From: Candidatus Spechtbacteria bacterium RIFCSPHIGHO2_02_FULL_43_15b
GTDB lineage: Bacteria; Patescibacteriota; Minisyncoccia; Spechtbacterales; HO2-43-30
DNA length: 64,000 bases
NCBI GenBank assembly: GCA_001819985.1
Contig: MHOE01000025.1
Location: 5,738-69,737 of the forward strand
Direction: 5' to 3'
A model generated the notes under the pieces. That model ran no database searches and was not told the DNA's origin. It saw only the letters and a program-made list of their open reading frames with translations. The translations under genes were made by a program, and so were the position numbers. This document shows positions 37,053-47,155 of the stretch, piece after piece; position 1 is the first letter of the stretch, and each line of letters begins with the position of its first letter.

Positions 37053-38444
37053 ATGGCTAATATACTCAAAATAAAACAACTTATACTCCTTGGCGGCGAC
37101 ACTATACTTATGATTTCTTCGCTTCCCGCGATGCTTTTTATTTCATTCCAGCAAACTCTAACCCAAGAAATTTTTGCCGCCCATTTTTTTCCGTTTTTGG
37201 GAATATACGCCCTGCTTATAATAGTATTCTACATAAACGGACTTTACGAAATACGCAGTTTTGCCCCGAGCTCATCGGTCATAGCAAAACTTGTCATATC
37301 TCATACTTTGGGGTTTGTATTCGGTATAGTGATATTTTACTTTTCGTCAGATCCGCAAATAACACCTAAGATTAACCTTGCGTTAAACATAGCGATTTCT
37401 TTCTCGCTGGTAAGCGCATGGCGTATTGTTTTTCAGCGTTTTATCGCCCAGCATCTTAAAACAAATGTCGCGATAGCCGGAATGAACGAACACGCGAAAG
37501 AACTAGCTCGCATAATAAAAGCGCGGCCCTATATTGGGTATCGACTGAAAGCCGTTATAAAAACCGATGAATTATTGGGTTCGGATTTGCCCGAAGACGA
37601 ATCAGAATATGCGAATATTTTACGCATAGATAAAAACCTTGCTCAAAATTTAATAAATCTCGATATTCAAACCGTTATAACTTCAGAAAATCCTCACGCA
37701 AACCCCTTGATAACCAAAGCATTCTATGAGTGTATGCCATACGGAATAGAATTCCTCGACTTGGCGCAAAGCTACGAAATATTGACCGGACGCATACCAA
37801 TTTCTTACATAACGCAGGCCTGGTTCCTCGAAAACATAAACGAACATCAAAAACGCCTGTACACGAACTTCAAGCGGGTAATAGATCTGGTCGTGGCGAT
37901 TGTTGTGCTTATTGTTACTTCTCCAGTATGGCCCGTTATCGCGTTTTTCATAAAGTTTGACACTAAAGGTTCCGTATTTTACACGCAAGAAAGAGTAGGT
38001 ATAAACAAAAAGGTTTTTCGACTTATAAAATTCAGGTCTATGGTGAGAGATGCGGAAAAAAATAAAGCCGTATGGGCGCAAAAAAATGACCCGCGCATAA
38101 CGCGTATTGGAAAATTTCTTCGACGCACGCATATTGATGAGCTCCCTCAAATGATAAATATAGCAAGAGGTGAAATATCTCTTGTGGGCCCGAGGCCCGA
38201 AAGGATCGAGTTCGTAAAAGAACTTGAATCCCAAATACCGCACTATAATGTCCGACATATCATAACTCCGGGATTCACGGGATGGGCGCAGGTAAATTTC
38301 CGTTACGCCCGAACTCCAGAGGATACCTATGAGAAATTCCAATACGATCTTTACTATCTTAAAAACAGGTCGATAATTTTGGATATCGCGATAATATTAA
38401 AAACGATAAGTCTTTTATTCAGAGGTGAAAAAAATGGAAAATAA
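37053..38444 (+). CDS. Polyprenyl-phosphate hexose-1-phosphate transferase (WbaP/WcaJ-like initiating sugar transferase)
   Basis: Five N-terminal TM helices and a C-terminal bacterial sugar transferase domain (VIDLVVAIVVLIVTSPVWPVIA...KFRSM...DELPQ). Confidence 0.8.
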   Translation: MANILKIKQLILLGGDTILMISSLPAMLFISFQQTLTQEIFAAHFFPFLGIYALLIIVFYINGLYEIRSFAPSSSVIAKLVISHTLGFVFGIVIFYFSSDPQITPKINLALNIAISFSLVSAWRIVFQRFIAQHLKTNVAIAGMNEHAKELARIIKARPYIGYRLKAVIKTDELLGSDLPEDESEYANILRIDKNLAQNLINLDIQTVITSENPHANPLITKAFYECMPYGIEFLDLAQSYEILTGRIPISYITQAWFLENINEHQKRLYTNFKRVIDLVVAIVVLIVTSPVWPVIAFFIKFDTKGSVFYTQERVGINKKVFRLIKFRSMVRDAEKNKAVWAQKNDPRITRIGKFLRRTHIDELPQMINIARGEISLVGPRPERIEFVKELESQIPHYNVRHIITPGFTGWAQVNFRYARTPEDTYEKFQYDLYYLKNRSIILDIAIILKTISLLFRGEKNGK

Positions 38445-40341
38445 ACGGATTATAAAAATAGCGGACAGGATTATAGGGGAAGATTATCCCGTCTACATAA
38501 TCGCCGAAATCGGCCTTAATCACCAAGGCGATACTAAGCTTGCCAAAAATCTAATTGACATTGCTAAGCAAAGCGGAGCTGATTGCGTCAAGTTTCAAAA
38601 AAGATGCCTGGAAAAGGTCTATAAGAAAGATGCCCTTCTAAATCCCGAACGGCAGGAGCACGGAATAGAATATGTGCTTTCCCATATCAAAAAAACTGAA
38701 CTGTCCGATGAGCAAATGAAGGATCTCTACCAATATGCAAACAGCGTGGGTATTGAATTTATGTGCAGTCCCTGGGATGAAACCAGCTTAAAATTCCTGT
38801 CCAATCTTAGCGTTAACGCGTACAAAGTTGCCTCCGCGGATATGTTTAATTTGCGTCTTATTGAAGCTATAAACAAACTTAAAAAACCGATGATCATATC
38901 TACTGGAATGTCTTTCGTATCGGAAATAGAAGAGCTCGTTCGTTTTCTTAAAAAAATAGATGCTCAATTTGCGCTTCTGCATTGTAACAGCACTTATCCC
39001 GCCCCATATCACGACATAAATTTAAATTTCTTGAAAGTTATGCGCCAAAAATTCGGATGCGTTGTGGGATATTCCGGCCATGATAGAGGCATATCCGTAA
39101 GCCTTGCCGCGGTTGCTATGGGCGCAAGCATAGTTGAAAAACATATCACCATAGATAGAAATCTTCCCGGACCGGATCATAAAGCAAGTCTCGAACCTGA
39201 TGAATTTAAGAGTTTAGTCGCTGAAATAAAAAATGTCGAGAAAGCAATGGGGGAGCCCACGCGTTATCCGTCGAGAGGAGAATACTTAAACAGGGAAACG
39301 CTATCTAAAAGTATAGTAGCCGCCAATAATCTAAAAATCGGCCAAATACTCAAACAGTCCGACATGGAAATAAAAAGCCCCGGAAAAGGAGTCAGCCCCT
39401 TGAAAATAAATTATTTTGCCGGAAAAAAATTAACCAAGAGAAATATAGAAAAAGATGACTACATACTCGAATCAGACATTAAAACTTCGCGGAAACGCAA
39501 AACTGACAATCTCGGCATAAAACATAAATGGGGCGTTGTGGCGCGCATGAGCGATATAGATGAAATGATTGCCTGCGGTTCGGATTTTGTTGAGCTCCAT
39601 CTTACGGATGTTGACATAAATCAGGACAAAACCTATCGAAAATCGTACGACATAGATATGGCCCTTCACGGACCCGAATACAACAGAGATATTCTTATGG
39701 ATTTATCCAGTATGGATGGGGTCATCAGAAAACAATCTGTCGATTTTTTCAACAAAGCACTCGAACACGCAAAAAAATTGAAACCTTTGTTTAGGAATAA
39801 AAACGAAAACGCGAAATTTGTGGTGCATCCCGGCGGCATGAGCATGAATGCTCCCCTCTTCGACAAAATCGAGACGCTTAACGGCAATCTTCGAGATTCG
39901 TTATCTAAATTAAATTCGGACGGATTCGAAATACTGCTCGAAACAATGCCCGGAATGCCGTGGTATTTTGGGGGCCAGTGGTACCACGCTTCATTTATGG
40001 ATGCTGATGAAATAGTTGATTTTTCGAAGAAAACAGGTTTTGGAATAACGCTGGACCTGTCGCATTCCGCGCTCTACTGCAATTTATACAAAAAGGATCT
40101 GGAGCAGTTTGTAAAAACTATACTTCCTGTAGTCCGGTATCTTCATATTTCAGATGCCGCAGGATTCAACGGCGAAGGTCTCCAGATACAAGACGGCACA
40201 ACGGATTTCAAAAAAATATTAAAACACCTATCCGAAACTGACCTATGGTTCCTTCCTGAAATATGGCAGGGGCATAAATTTGGCGGAGAAGGATTCATTA
40301 CCGCAGTCAGAAGGCTTAAAAAGATAGACCCTGATTTTTGA
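38425..40341 (+). CDS. NeuB-family nonulosonate/octulosonate synthase fused to a xylose-isomerase-like TIM-barrel (sugar phosphate isomerase/epimerase) domain
   Basis: N-terminal NeuB signature YIIAEIGLNHQGD...CVKFQKR plus a SAF-like middle region. The C-terminal ~270 aa carry ILLETMPG and YLHISDAAG motifs typical of the AP-endo/xylose-isomerase TIM fold. Confidence 0.6.
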   Translation: MKKMENKRIIKIADRIIGEDYPVYIIAEIGLNHQGDTKLAKNLIDIAKQSGADCVKFQKRCLEKVYKKDALLNPERQEHGIEYVLSHIKKTELSDEQMKDLYQYANSVGIEFMCSPWDETSLKFLSNLSVNAYKVASADMFNLRLIEAINKLKKPMIISTGMSFVSEIEELVRFLKKIDAQFALLHCNSTYPAPYHDINLNFLKVMRQKFGCVVGYSGHDRGISVSLAAVAMGASIVEKHITIDRNLPGPDHKASLEPDEFKSLVAEIKNVEKAMGEPTRYPSRGEYLNRETLSKSIVAANNLKIGQILKQSDMEIKSPGKGVSPLKINYFAGKKLTKRNIEKDDYILESDIKTSRKRKTDNLGIKHKWGVVARMSDIDEMIACGSDFVELHLTDVDINQDKTYRKSYDIDMALHGPEYNRDILMDLSSMDGVIRKQSVDFFNKALEHAKKLKPLFRNKNENAKFVVHPGGMSMNAPLFDKIETLNGNLRDSLSKLNSDGFEILLETMPGMPWYFGGQWYHASFMDADEIVDFSKKTGFGITLDLSHSALYCNLYKKDLEQFVKTILPVVRYLHISDAAGFNGEGLQIQDGTTDFKKILKHLSETDLWFLPEIWQGHKFGGEGFITAVRRLKKIDPDF

Positions 40342-40380
40342 TATTGACTAAATGGCATTTTTATTCAATAACATAATGGT

Positions 40381-41427
40381 ATGGAAAAGACCAAAATAGC
40401 ATTGATTACAGGATGCACGGGACAAGATGGATCTTACCTCGCGGAATTTCTGCTTAAAAAAGGGTACGAAGTTCACGGTATAAGAAGGAGGAGCAGTATA
40501 GCAAAACTTGATAGGCTAAGCCGCATACACTACGGCCCCCATGCAGAAAGAAACAAATTTTTTCTTCATTACGGAGATATAACCGATTCCGCAAGCATTA
40601 CCCAGATAACGAAAAGGGTTAAACCTGATGAAGTTTATAATCTAGCCGCCCAAAGCCATGTTCGGGTGTCTTTTGATACTCCGGAATACACCGCAAATAC
40701 TGACGCCTTGGGTCCTCTTCGCGTACTAGAAGCAATACGAACATTGGGGTTTGTACGGAAGACCAAATTTTATCAAGCGTCAACAAGCGAAATGTTCGGA
40801 AACCCGCTGGAATCCCCTCAACACGAAAATACTCCGTTTTTTCCTAGGAGCCCTTACGGCATAGCAAAACTGTACGCGCATCTCATCACGGCAAATTATC
40901 GCGAAGCTTACAATATGTTTGCTTGCTCGGGAATACTATTCAATCACGAATCTCCTCGCCGAGGCGAAAGTTTTGTAACAAGAAAAATAACTCAAGCGGC
41001 TATCAGGATAGTAAGGCGAAAACAGGACAAACTTTATCTTGGAAATCTTTACGCCAAACGGGACTGGGGATACGCAAAAGAATATGTCGAAGCTATGTGG
41101 CTCATGCTTCAGCAAAAAAAACCAAAAGATTATGTTATCGCCACTGGAGAAAACCACACAGTTAAAGAATTCGCAGAGCTTGCTTTTAGAGTACTCGATA
41201 TAGACATAGAATGGCAAGGTCAGGGAATATCCGAAAAGGGAATAAACAAAAAGAATGGCAAGATTATCGTTGAGATTGATCCATATTACTTTCGCCCCAC
41301 AGAAGTTGAAAATCTTGTCGGCAACGCCTCGATGGCGAAAAAAGAACTTGGCTGGGCCCCCAAAACAAAGTTTCAAAAACTTGTCAATTTAATAATGGCA
41401 GAGGAAGTAAAAAATAAAGACCTTTGA
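40381..41427 (+). CDS. gmd: GDP-mannose 4,6-dehydratase
   Basis: ALITGCTGQDGSYLAEFLL...YEVHGIRRRSS is the canonical GMD N-terminus; the length is 348 aa. Confidence 0.85.
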   Translation: MEKTKIALITGCTGQDGSYLAEFLLKKGYEVHGIRRRSSIAKLDRLSRIHYGPHAERNKFFLHYGDITDSASITQITKRVKPDEVYNLAAQSHVRVSFDTPEYTANTDALGPLRVLEAIRTLGFVRKTKFYQASTSEMFGNPLESPQHENTPFFPRSPYGIAKLYAHLITANYREAYNMFACSGILFNHESPRRGESFVTRKITQAAIRIVRRKQDKLYLGNLYAKRDWGYAKEYVEAMWLMLQQKKPKDYVIATGENHTVKEFAELAFRVLDIDIEWQGQGISEKGINKKNGKIIVEIDPYYFRPTEVENLVGNASMAKKELGWAPKTKFQKLVNLIMAEEVKNKDL

Positions 41428-43784
41428 TATTCGGACAGTTGATGAACAAAAATTCTCCAAAAAATCCAATAAATATTCTTCCTTCGCATTCGAAAAAGAA
41501 ATGGGTTATTTTTTCTGTTCCATTGGTTGTTTTATTCATTACCATACCCGCCGTATTTCTAAGGCCATCAAATCAAACTCTAGTAAAAATGTTTACTAAA
41601 CTCGATGAAACTCCGCAGATACAGGAACTAGCATTTAACATTCTTCAAGCCCGAACATCTCTTCAGAAATCAGCAAATATAATACATTTTCCGTATTGGT
41701 TCAAGGAAACAAAACTGCCGGTTTACAATTTATTTATAGATCCGGACGACATAAGGATCATGGATGATATCCTCCCGCAAAATATCTTTTCCGACAATCT
41801 CGATGTCGAAAATCGCGTGTTTGTAAATGCCGTTTTTCAATCAGGCGATTTTTTAAGCGAAGCTGATGTTAGGTATAGAGGCGCGCTCAATAGCCATTGG
41901 ACTCACGCGAAAAGATCCTTACTTATAAAATTCCCGGGGGACAAATTATTCCAAAAAATGAAAGCGATTGACATAATAGTTCCGCGCGACAGGGCCTATC
42001 TTATGGAACTCGTAAATAATTCGCGCCTTAAAAGAGCAGGTCTTGTTTCCCCGAATATGTTTTTCGCTTGGGTAAAAATCAACAACAAAGACGCGGGCGT
42101 TTATCTAGTTAAGGAGAGATTCTCCGCGGGATGGCTTGAAAAAAATTCCATAGCGCCTGACAGCGAAATTTTTTCTCAAGTAACCAGCGTGGACAAAAAT
42201 ACTCCGTATATTGATTTCAATTTGTATGAATACATAGCATGGACAAGGGAAATCAACCAGACAAACCAGCATTTTGAAGAGCTTGAAACTTTGTTCTATC
42301 TCTTTCGGCAGTCCGATGAAATTTTCTACAAAAACATAGCGAACATCCTCGATCTTGAAAAATGGTACGGAGCTATTGCTATGAATATTCTCGCGGGCGG
42401 TTCGCACTCAATGGAAGCGAATCTCAACCTGCTGTTTAATAGCGTAACCGGAAAATTAGAACCGCTTCTTGAAGATATTCATATTTACGAAGCGGAACAT
42501 AACGGCGACCCCAGGAAAGCGTATCTCACTTTTGATCCGATAACAAAGCGCATCCTTGAAAATCAAAAATTTTACGAGGATTACCAGAAAGTTCTTTTGA
42601 AAACGGTTTCAGAACAAAATCTTAAAGCGGATCTTGAATTATACGACCAGCTGTACGAACAAATGAAACCCGAATTCTACAAGGACCAGACAAAATACAA
42701 GGGGGATATCAGGGTGGATATCACAATAAAGGAAATGCGGGAGTGGATAATGCTAAATTATAAATCCGCCCAAAAACTCGCGAATCTGGACAAATTCCCA
42801 AAATTCGATGACATATACAAGGACTTGGAAGATATGCTTGACCTTAGCAATCGTATGGGTTTTGAAAATTTTTATGATATATCCCTTTCAAAATCCGAAT
42901 TCATGAAAAAATACCCCGCGTTTAGAATATTCGGCGACAATATTGTCTTACCCAGAGGAATTTACGCTATCAATGAAACCGTAATCATACCTCAAAACAC
43001 AAAGCTTATAATAGAACCCGATGTGAAAATTTATCTCGGCGAAGGCGTATCCGTAATATCCTACAGCCCGATAGAAGCCGTTGCGCAGTCATATAACCCG
43101 ATAATTATAAATAGCGCATACCCTGATAAACCGTGGGGTGCGGTAGCAATAATAAACGCAAACGAAGCAAGTAAATTCCAATATGTCTCGATGAGTGGAG
43201 GTTCGGCATCGGAAGGGATAAATGGTGTTACATTCACGGGAATGCTTACCGCTCATAATGCTCCTCTTTATGTATATGATTCCAACTTATCGTTTGATAG
43301 AGATGACGATATAATAAATGTTAAGGGCTCTACTGGAGAAATAATGAGATCTAAATTTTATGACTCTATTGGAGATGCTGTTGATCTAGATATGACGAGC
43401 GGTTTTATAGTTCAGGATAACTATTTCTATAACATCGGCACCAAACAGGTTCAAGGAGACGCGATTGATATTTCGTTCAGCGACGCTCTTGTAAAAAATA
43501 ACAAAGTTGATAAATGCTCCGATAAGGGTGTGAGCATTGGGGAGAGGTCAAACCCAACAATAACTGGAAATATAATAGAAAACTGCGTTATGGGCATAGC
43601 CGTTAAGGATGAATCCTCGGCAATGATTGAAAATAATGTGCTTTCGCATAATTTGATAGGTCTTTCCCTTTACCAAAAAAAGGACATATTCGGAGGCGGA
43701 ACCGCGATCATAAAAAATAACACCATAGAAAACAACGAAAAAAATTTTGATATAAGTAAAAATTCCACTATACTAAACCCTTAA
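41424..43784 (+). CDS. CotH-family atypical kinase domain protein with C-terminal parallel beta-helix repeats
   Basis: N-terminal TM helix, CotH-like core (YRGALNSHWTHAKRSLLIKF ... AWVKINNKDAGVYLVKE) and C-terminal NNxV/GIxV right-handed beta-helix repeats. Confidence 0.55.
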   Translation: MIFGQLMNKNSPKNPINILPSHSKKKWVIFSVPLVVLFITIPAVFLRPSNQTLVKMFTKLDETPQIQELAFNILQARTSLQKSANIIHFPYWFKETKLPVYNLFIDPDDIRIMDDILPQNIFSDNLDVENRVFVNAVFQSGDFLSEADVRYRGALNSHWTHAKRSLLIKFPGDKLFQKMKAIDIIVPRDRAYLMELVNNSRLKRAGLVSPNMFFAWVKINNKDAGVYLVKERFSAGWLEKNSIAPDSEIFSQVTSVDKNTPYIDFNLYEYIAWTREINQTNQHFEELETLFYLFRQSDEIFYKNIANILDLEKWYGAIAMNILAGGSHSMEANLNLLFNSVTGKLEPLLEDIHIYEAEHNGDPRKAYLTFDPITKRILENQKFYEDYQKVLLKTVSEQNLKADLELYDQLYEQMKPEFYKDQTKYKGDIRVDITIKEMREWIMLNYKSAQKLANLDKFPKFDDIYKDLEDMLDLSNRMGFENFYDISLSKSEFMKKYPAFRIFGDNIVLPRGIYAINETVIIPQNTKLIIEPDVKIYLGEGVSVISYSPIEAVAQSYNPIIINSAYPDKPWGAVAIINANEASKFQYVSMSGGSASEGINGVTFTGMLTAHNAPLYVYDSNLSFDRDDDIINVKGSTGEIMRSKFYDSIGDAVDLDMTSGFIVQDNYFYNIGTKQVQGDAIDISFSDALVKNNKVDKCSDKGVSIGERSNPTITGNIIENCVMGIAVKDESSAMIENNVLSHNLIGLSLYQKKDIFGGGTAIIKNNTIENNEKNFDISKNSTILNP

Positions 43785-43817
43785 ATTTGGATCTATACAT
43801 TCAAATTTTAACGAAGC

Positions 43818-44564
43818 ATGGAAAACAATTTTTTTAGATTTGAATTCAAATATCCCATACCCAGATACTTAATACGAAATTTTGAATATGATTTAATTAG
43901 GTTTGGTTTTTCCAGGGACACATTCAATATCGGGGAAAAATATTATGTTTCTAGCGTATATTTTGAAACTCCGGGTGCCGCCGATTACTTTGATAAATCC
44001 GGAGGATTTCTGGATAGAAAAAAAATCAGGGCTAGAATATATCGAGATGCCCTTACTGCGGACGAACCCGACAAGCCCTCGATTTGGCTTGAAATAAAAA
44101 AAAAGCATGACATGATGATTTCCAAAAATAGGGTATGCGTAACTCCGCGCGAATGGGAAAATTTCCTTTCGTCGAATCAAAGAGGTTACAGGAAAATATC
44201 CGAGCGACTTAATGCTGAAGATGAAAAAATATTGACTGAATTTGTCTTTTGGACTACATATGAAAGAAGGAAGCCCTATGTGCTTATACAATACAAGCGG
44301 CGCGCTTTTCATAGCTTTACCGGCGGTGAGCGGGTAAGAGTAACCATTGACTATGATATAAGAGCTCAAAAGGGCGATAAATTTTTAACCAACCCCTCAA
44401 CTGATGTAAGCCAACATGGCGCTGTTATTGAAGTAAAATTCCGAGAAAAACTTCCCTGGCAGATAAAATTTTTGCTGTCTAAATACAAACTAAGCAGAGA
44501 TTCTTACTCTAAATATTCTAAAGGAGTTGAGGCTATGAGAAAATTTTATCCGATATATCGATAG
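43818..44564 (+). CDS. VTC-domain (polyphosphate-polymerase-like triphosphate tunnel) protein
   Basis: RFEFKYPIP...EIKKK pattern of alternating charged residues on beta strands typical of VTC/CYTH tunnels. It lies directly downstream of the CotH gene. Confidence 0.5.
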   Translation: MENNFFRFEFKYPIPRYLIRNFEYDLIRFGFSRDTFNIGEKYYVSSVYFETPGAADYFDKSGGFLDRKKIRARIYRDALTADEPDKPSIWLEIKKKHDMMISKNRVCVTPREWENFLSSNQRGYRKISERLNAEDEKILTEFVFWTTYERRKPYVLIQYKRRAFHSFTGGERVRVTIDYDIRAQKGDKFLTNPSTDVSQHGAVIEVKFREKLPWQIKFLLSKYKLSRDSYSKYSKGVEAMRKFYPIYR

Positions 44565-44565
44565 G

Positions 44566-44646
44566 TTTTAGCTTTTAGATGTCAGGTATTAGACGATCGT
44601 TTCGCCGTAATCCCTAAAACCTAAAACCTAGCACCCAAAACCTAAT
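44566..44646. repeat. Family R intergenic inverted repeat (GGTTTTAGCTTTTAG...CCTAAAACCTAAAACC)
   Basis: Arms are reverse complements and a TTTCGCCG core matches the copy at 45325. Confidence 0.55.
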
Positions 44647-45324
44647 ATGCAGCCACTAAACTATTTTTCTTTTTCTCCGACAGAAGTAAGCATGGCTGTT
44701 GTACTGTTCAATATTTTTCTTGCTACGGTCATAGCTTTCGCAATCGCGTATGTGCATAAATACACCCATACTGGTCTTTCATATTCCCAGTCCTTTTTCG
44801 CGACTTTAATTCTTGTTTCGATTATAGCAAGCGTCGTGATGATGATTGTCCAAAATAATGTATATGCCGCTTTGGGATTGCTTGGCGCATTTGCGCTGAT
44901 AAGATTCAGAACGATAATAAAAGAAACCAGGGACATCGCATTTTTGTTTTTTGCTTTAGCGGAAGGTGTTGCGATGGGCCTTAGTCATTACGCGGTTGGA
45001 ATAGTTTCAGCGATCATAATATCCGCCGTTGCTTACGCCATATTTAGGTTTAACTTGGGTTCAACTTCCGACAAAAAATTTGTGCTTCTTTTGACATCGA
45101 AATTGCCCATTGATCAAGTTGCGGTAAACAGCCAGCTCAAAAGTGAAGGGCTGAATCTTTCTATGTTAAGCAGTAAAAAACGCCAAAATGACTTTTATGA
45201 ATACACATTTTCTCTTTCGGGAAAGAATGTCGGCTCTGCCGATAAGATAATAAGTAAATTCGCCTCTTCCCTATCCATAACGGAATATGATCTTGTAAGC
45301 GGAAGGGAATCGATAGAATACTAA
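44647..45324 (+). CDS. DUF4956-like membrane protein
   Basis: Four TM helices and an ALIRFRT motif. It occupies the conserved third position of the CotH-VTC-DUF4956 neighbourhood. Confidence 0.45.
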   Translation: MQPLNYFSFSPTEVSMAVVLFNIFLATVIAFAIAYVHKYTHTGLSYSQSFFATLILVSIIASVVMMIVQNNVYAALGLLGAFALIRFRTIIKETRDIAFLFFALAEGVAMGLSHYAVGIVSAIIISAVAYAIFRFNLGSTSDKKFVLLLTSKLPIDQVAVNSQLKSEGLNLSMLSSKKRQNDFYEYTFSLSGKNVGSADKIISKFASSLSITEYDLVSGRESIEY

Positions 45325-45405
45325 GGTTGCTAGATTTTAGATATTAGGTAGGTGTTAGTTAATCGCCGCATCCTAAAACCCAAAACCTTCAGCCTAAAAC
45401 CTTGC
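45325..45405. repeat. Family R intergenic inverted repeat
   Basis: GGTTGCTAGATTTTAGAT...AATCGCCG...CCTAAAACCCAAAACCT is homologous to the copy at 44566. Confidence 0.55.
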
Positions 45406-46643
45406 TCCTCAAATCAAAGGCATATAATCTCCTTCGAAAAACTCAAAAATATACTCGTACTGACAATGTTTACCTTTTTAAGAGCGGTTTTTGGCTTACG
45501 CTACCGAAGGCAGTTTCGTTTCTAAGCATACTTTCGGGAATCGCTTTCGCCAATCTTGTATCGAAGGAAACCTACGGCACATATCAGTATATTTTATCCA
45601 TTCTTGGCATATTAAGCATCGCCACTCTTCAGAGTATGAAAACAGCCGTAGCTCAAGCGGTAGCAAGGGGCTATGAGGGATCCGTAAAGAAGGCTGTCAT
45701 TTCCAAAATAAAATGGGGGCTTTTAGGAAGCGTCGGCAGTATTTTGTTTTCCGCCTATTATTTCTACCATGGCAACGCGACGCTCGGCTGGGCATTTGTG
45801 ATAACAGCCGCGCTTCTTCCATTTCTAAATCCTTTCTCGCTCTATGCCGCTTATCTTGAGGGGTCAAAAAATTTCAAACTGCTAAGCATTTTTTCGATTC
45901 TCTCGACTGCCGTATCCATAGCCGCGATAATTGTAATACTATTTATAACTGATAATGTTTTACTCATAATACTCGGGGATCTCTTAGTCGGAATAATTGT
46001 GGCATTCGCGTTTTTCAATATTGTCATAAAAAAATTCCCTCCCAACGCCAAAGAAGACCCTAAGACAATACCGTTCGGAACTCGCGTTAGTTTGATAAAG
46101 ATAATCCCGACAATAGCGAGAGAGCTTGACCAAATAATTATTTGGCATTTTTTAGGAGCGGCGCAAGTCGCTATTTACGCCTTCGCCCAGAAAATACCAA
46201 CCCAGTTAAGCGATAATCTAAGCGTTTTGAACCAGCTTGCGTTCCCAAAAATGAGCGCGGCTTCGAGTGATGACCTGAAAAAAAACCTCCCTAAAAAAAT
46301 AATACGCTTGTATGCTATGATAATCCCCCTAGGAATCGCCTATATTCTGTCCGTTCCATTTGTGTTCAAAATTTTCTTTCCGCAGTATTTAGATTCTATT
46401 TTATACGCTCAAATTTTTTCGTTTTTCATATTTTTCTTCCCGCTTTCATTTATTAGCCAAACATTTGACGCGAAAATGCAGGAAAAAAACATACTGATAA
46501 CAAGTATATTCTCGCCTACTCTTAGGATAATACTGCTTCTCATACTTACTCCAACTATTGGAGTAATGGGCGTCGTCCTAACTCGCCTTATAAACTCTTT
46601 TGCCACTAATTTGCTCGCGATATTTCTTTTTCTAAAAAAATAG
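45402..46643 (+). CDS. Wzx-like oligosaccharide flippase (MOP superfamily)
   Basis: 413 aa with ~12 TM helices and a polysaccharide-biosynthesis-protein N-terminal pattern. Confidence 0.6.
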   Translation: MLLKSKAYNLLRKTQKYTRTDNVYLFKSGFWLTLPKAVSFLSILSGIAFANLVSKETYGTYQYILSILGILSIATLQSMKTAVAQAVARGYEGSVKKAVISKIKWGLLGSVGSILFSAYYFYHGNATLGWAFVITAALLPFLNPFSLYAAYLEGSKNFKLLSIFSILSTAVSIAAIIVILFITDNVLLIILGDLLVGIIVAFAFFNIVIKKFPPNAKEDPKTIPFGTRVSLIKIIPTIARELDQIIIWHFLGAAQVAIYAFAQKIPTQLSDNLSVLNQLAFPKMSAASSDDLKKNLPKKIIRLYAMIIPLGIAYILSVPFVFKIFFPQYLDSILYAQIFSFFIFFFPLSFISQTFDAKMQEKNILITSIFSPTLRIILLLILTPTIGVMGVVLTRLINSFATNLLAIFLFLKK

Positions 46644-46693
46644 TTTCTAGCTGTAACTGATTGACTATGTTAATGTTTATGGTAATATAGTAT

Positions 46694-47155
46694 ATGCTAA
46701 AAAATAACGCCAAAACGATCCTTGTTTCTTCCGATATCATCAAGAAAACTCTTCGTTCTTCCAAAACTCCCGGCAAAAAATTGCTGGATCCTCTTTTCGC
46801 TTTTTCTTCTAAAAACAATCTCCCACTAAACATCCTCGAGAGTAAAGGTGTTCTTGAAAACGACGCGGAGGCGCATGAATACGAAGGAGATTTATGGCAT
46901 TGCCTCGAGGGAACTATTGAATTTGTATGCGGAGGAGAACTGGTAAAACCCGTACTCGCGAAAGACGCTAACGGAAAAAATATCACGGGCGAATTGAAGT
47001 CCAAAGTTATTAGACGCGGTAAAAAATTTATCCTCAAAAGAGGTGACTGGCTCTGGATACCGCCAGGCGAACCCCACAAACATATAACAAAAACGGCCGC
47101 TCGATTGTTTATAATAAAAATTCCGATAAAAAATAGCCATGACAAAAAAAATTAA
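46694..47155 (+). CDS. Cupin-domain protein
   Basis: GDWLWIPPGEPHK cupin motif. The end overlaps the next gene start. Confidence 0.45.
   Translation: MLKNNAKTILVSSDIIKKTLRSSKTPGKKLLDPLFAFSSKNNLPLNILESKGVLENDAEAHEYEGDLWHCLEGTIEFVCGGELVKPVLAKDANGKNITGELKSKVIRRGKKFILKRGDWLWIPPGEPHKHITKTAARLFIIKIPIKNSHDKKN

Noticed and set aside
37683-38342. A 219-aa minus-strand ORF antisense to the sugar transferase. Similar antisense ORFs occur at 40936-41376, 48787-49383, 46606-47145, 43893-44369 and 56893-57474.
   Set aside because: All lie fully inside well-supported genes on the opposite strand. Their composition is typical of antisense frames of AT-rich coding DNA.
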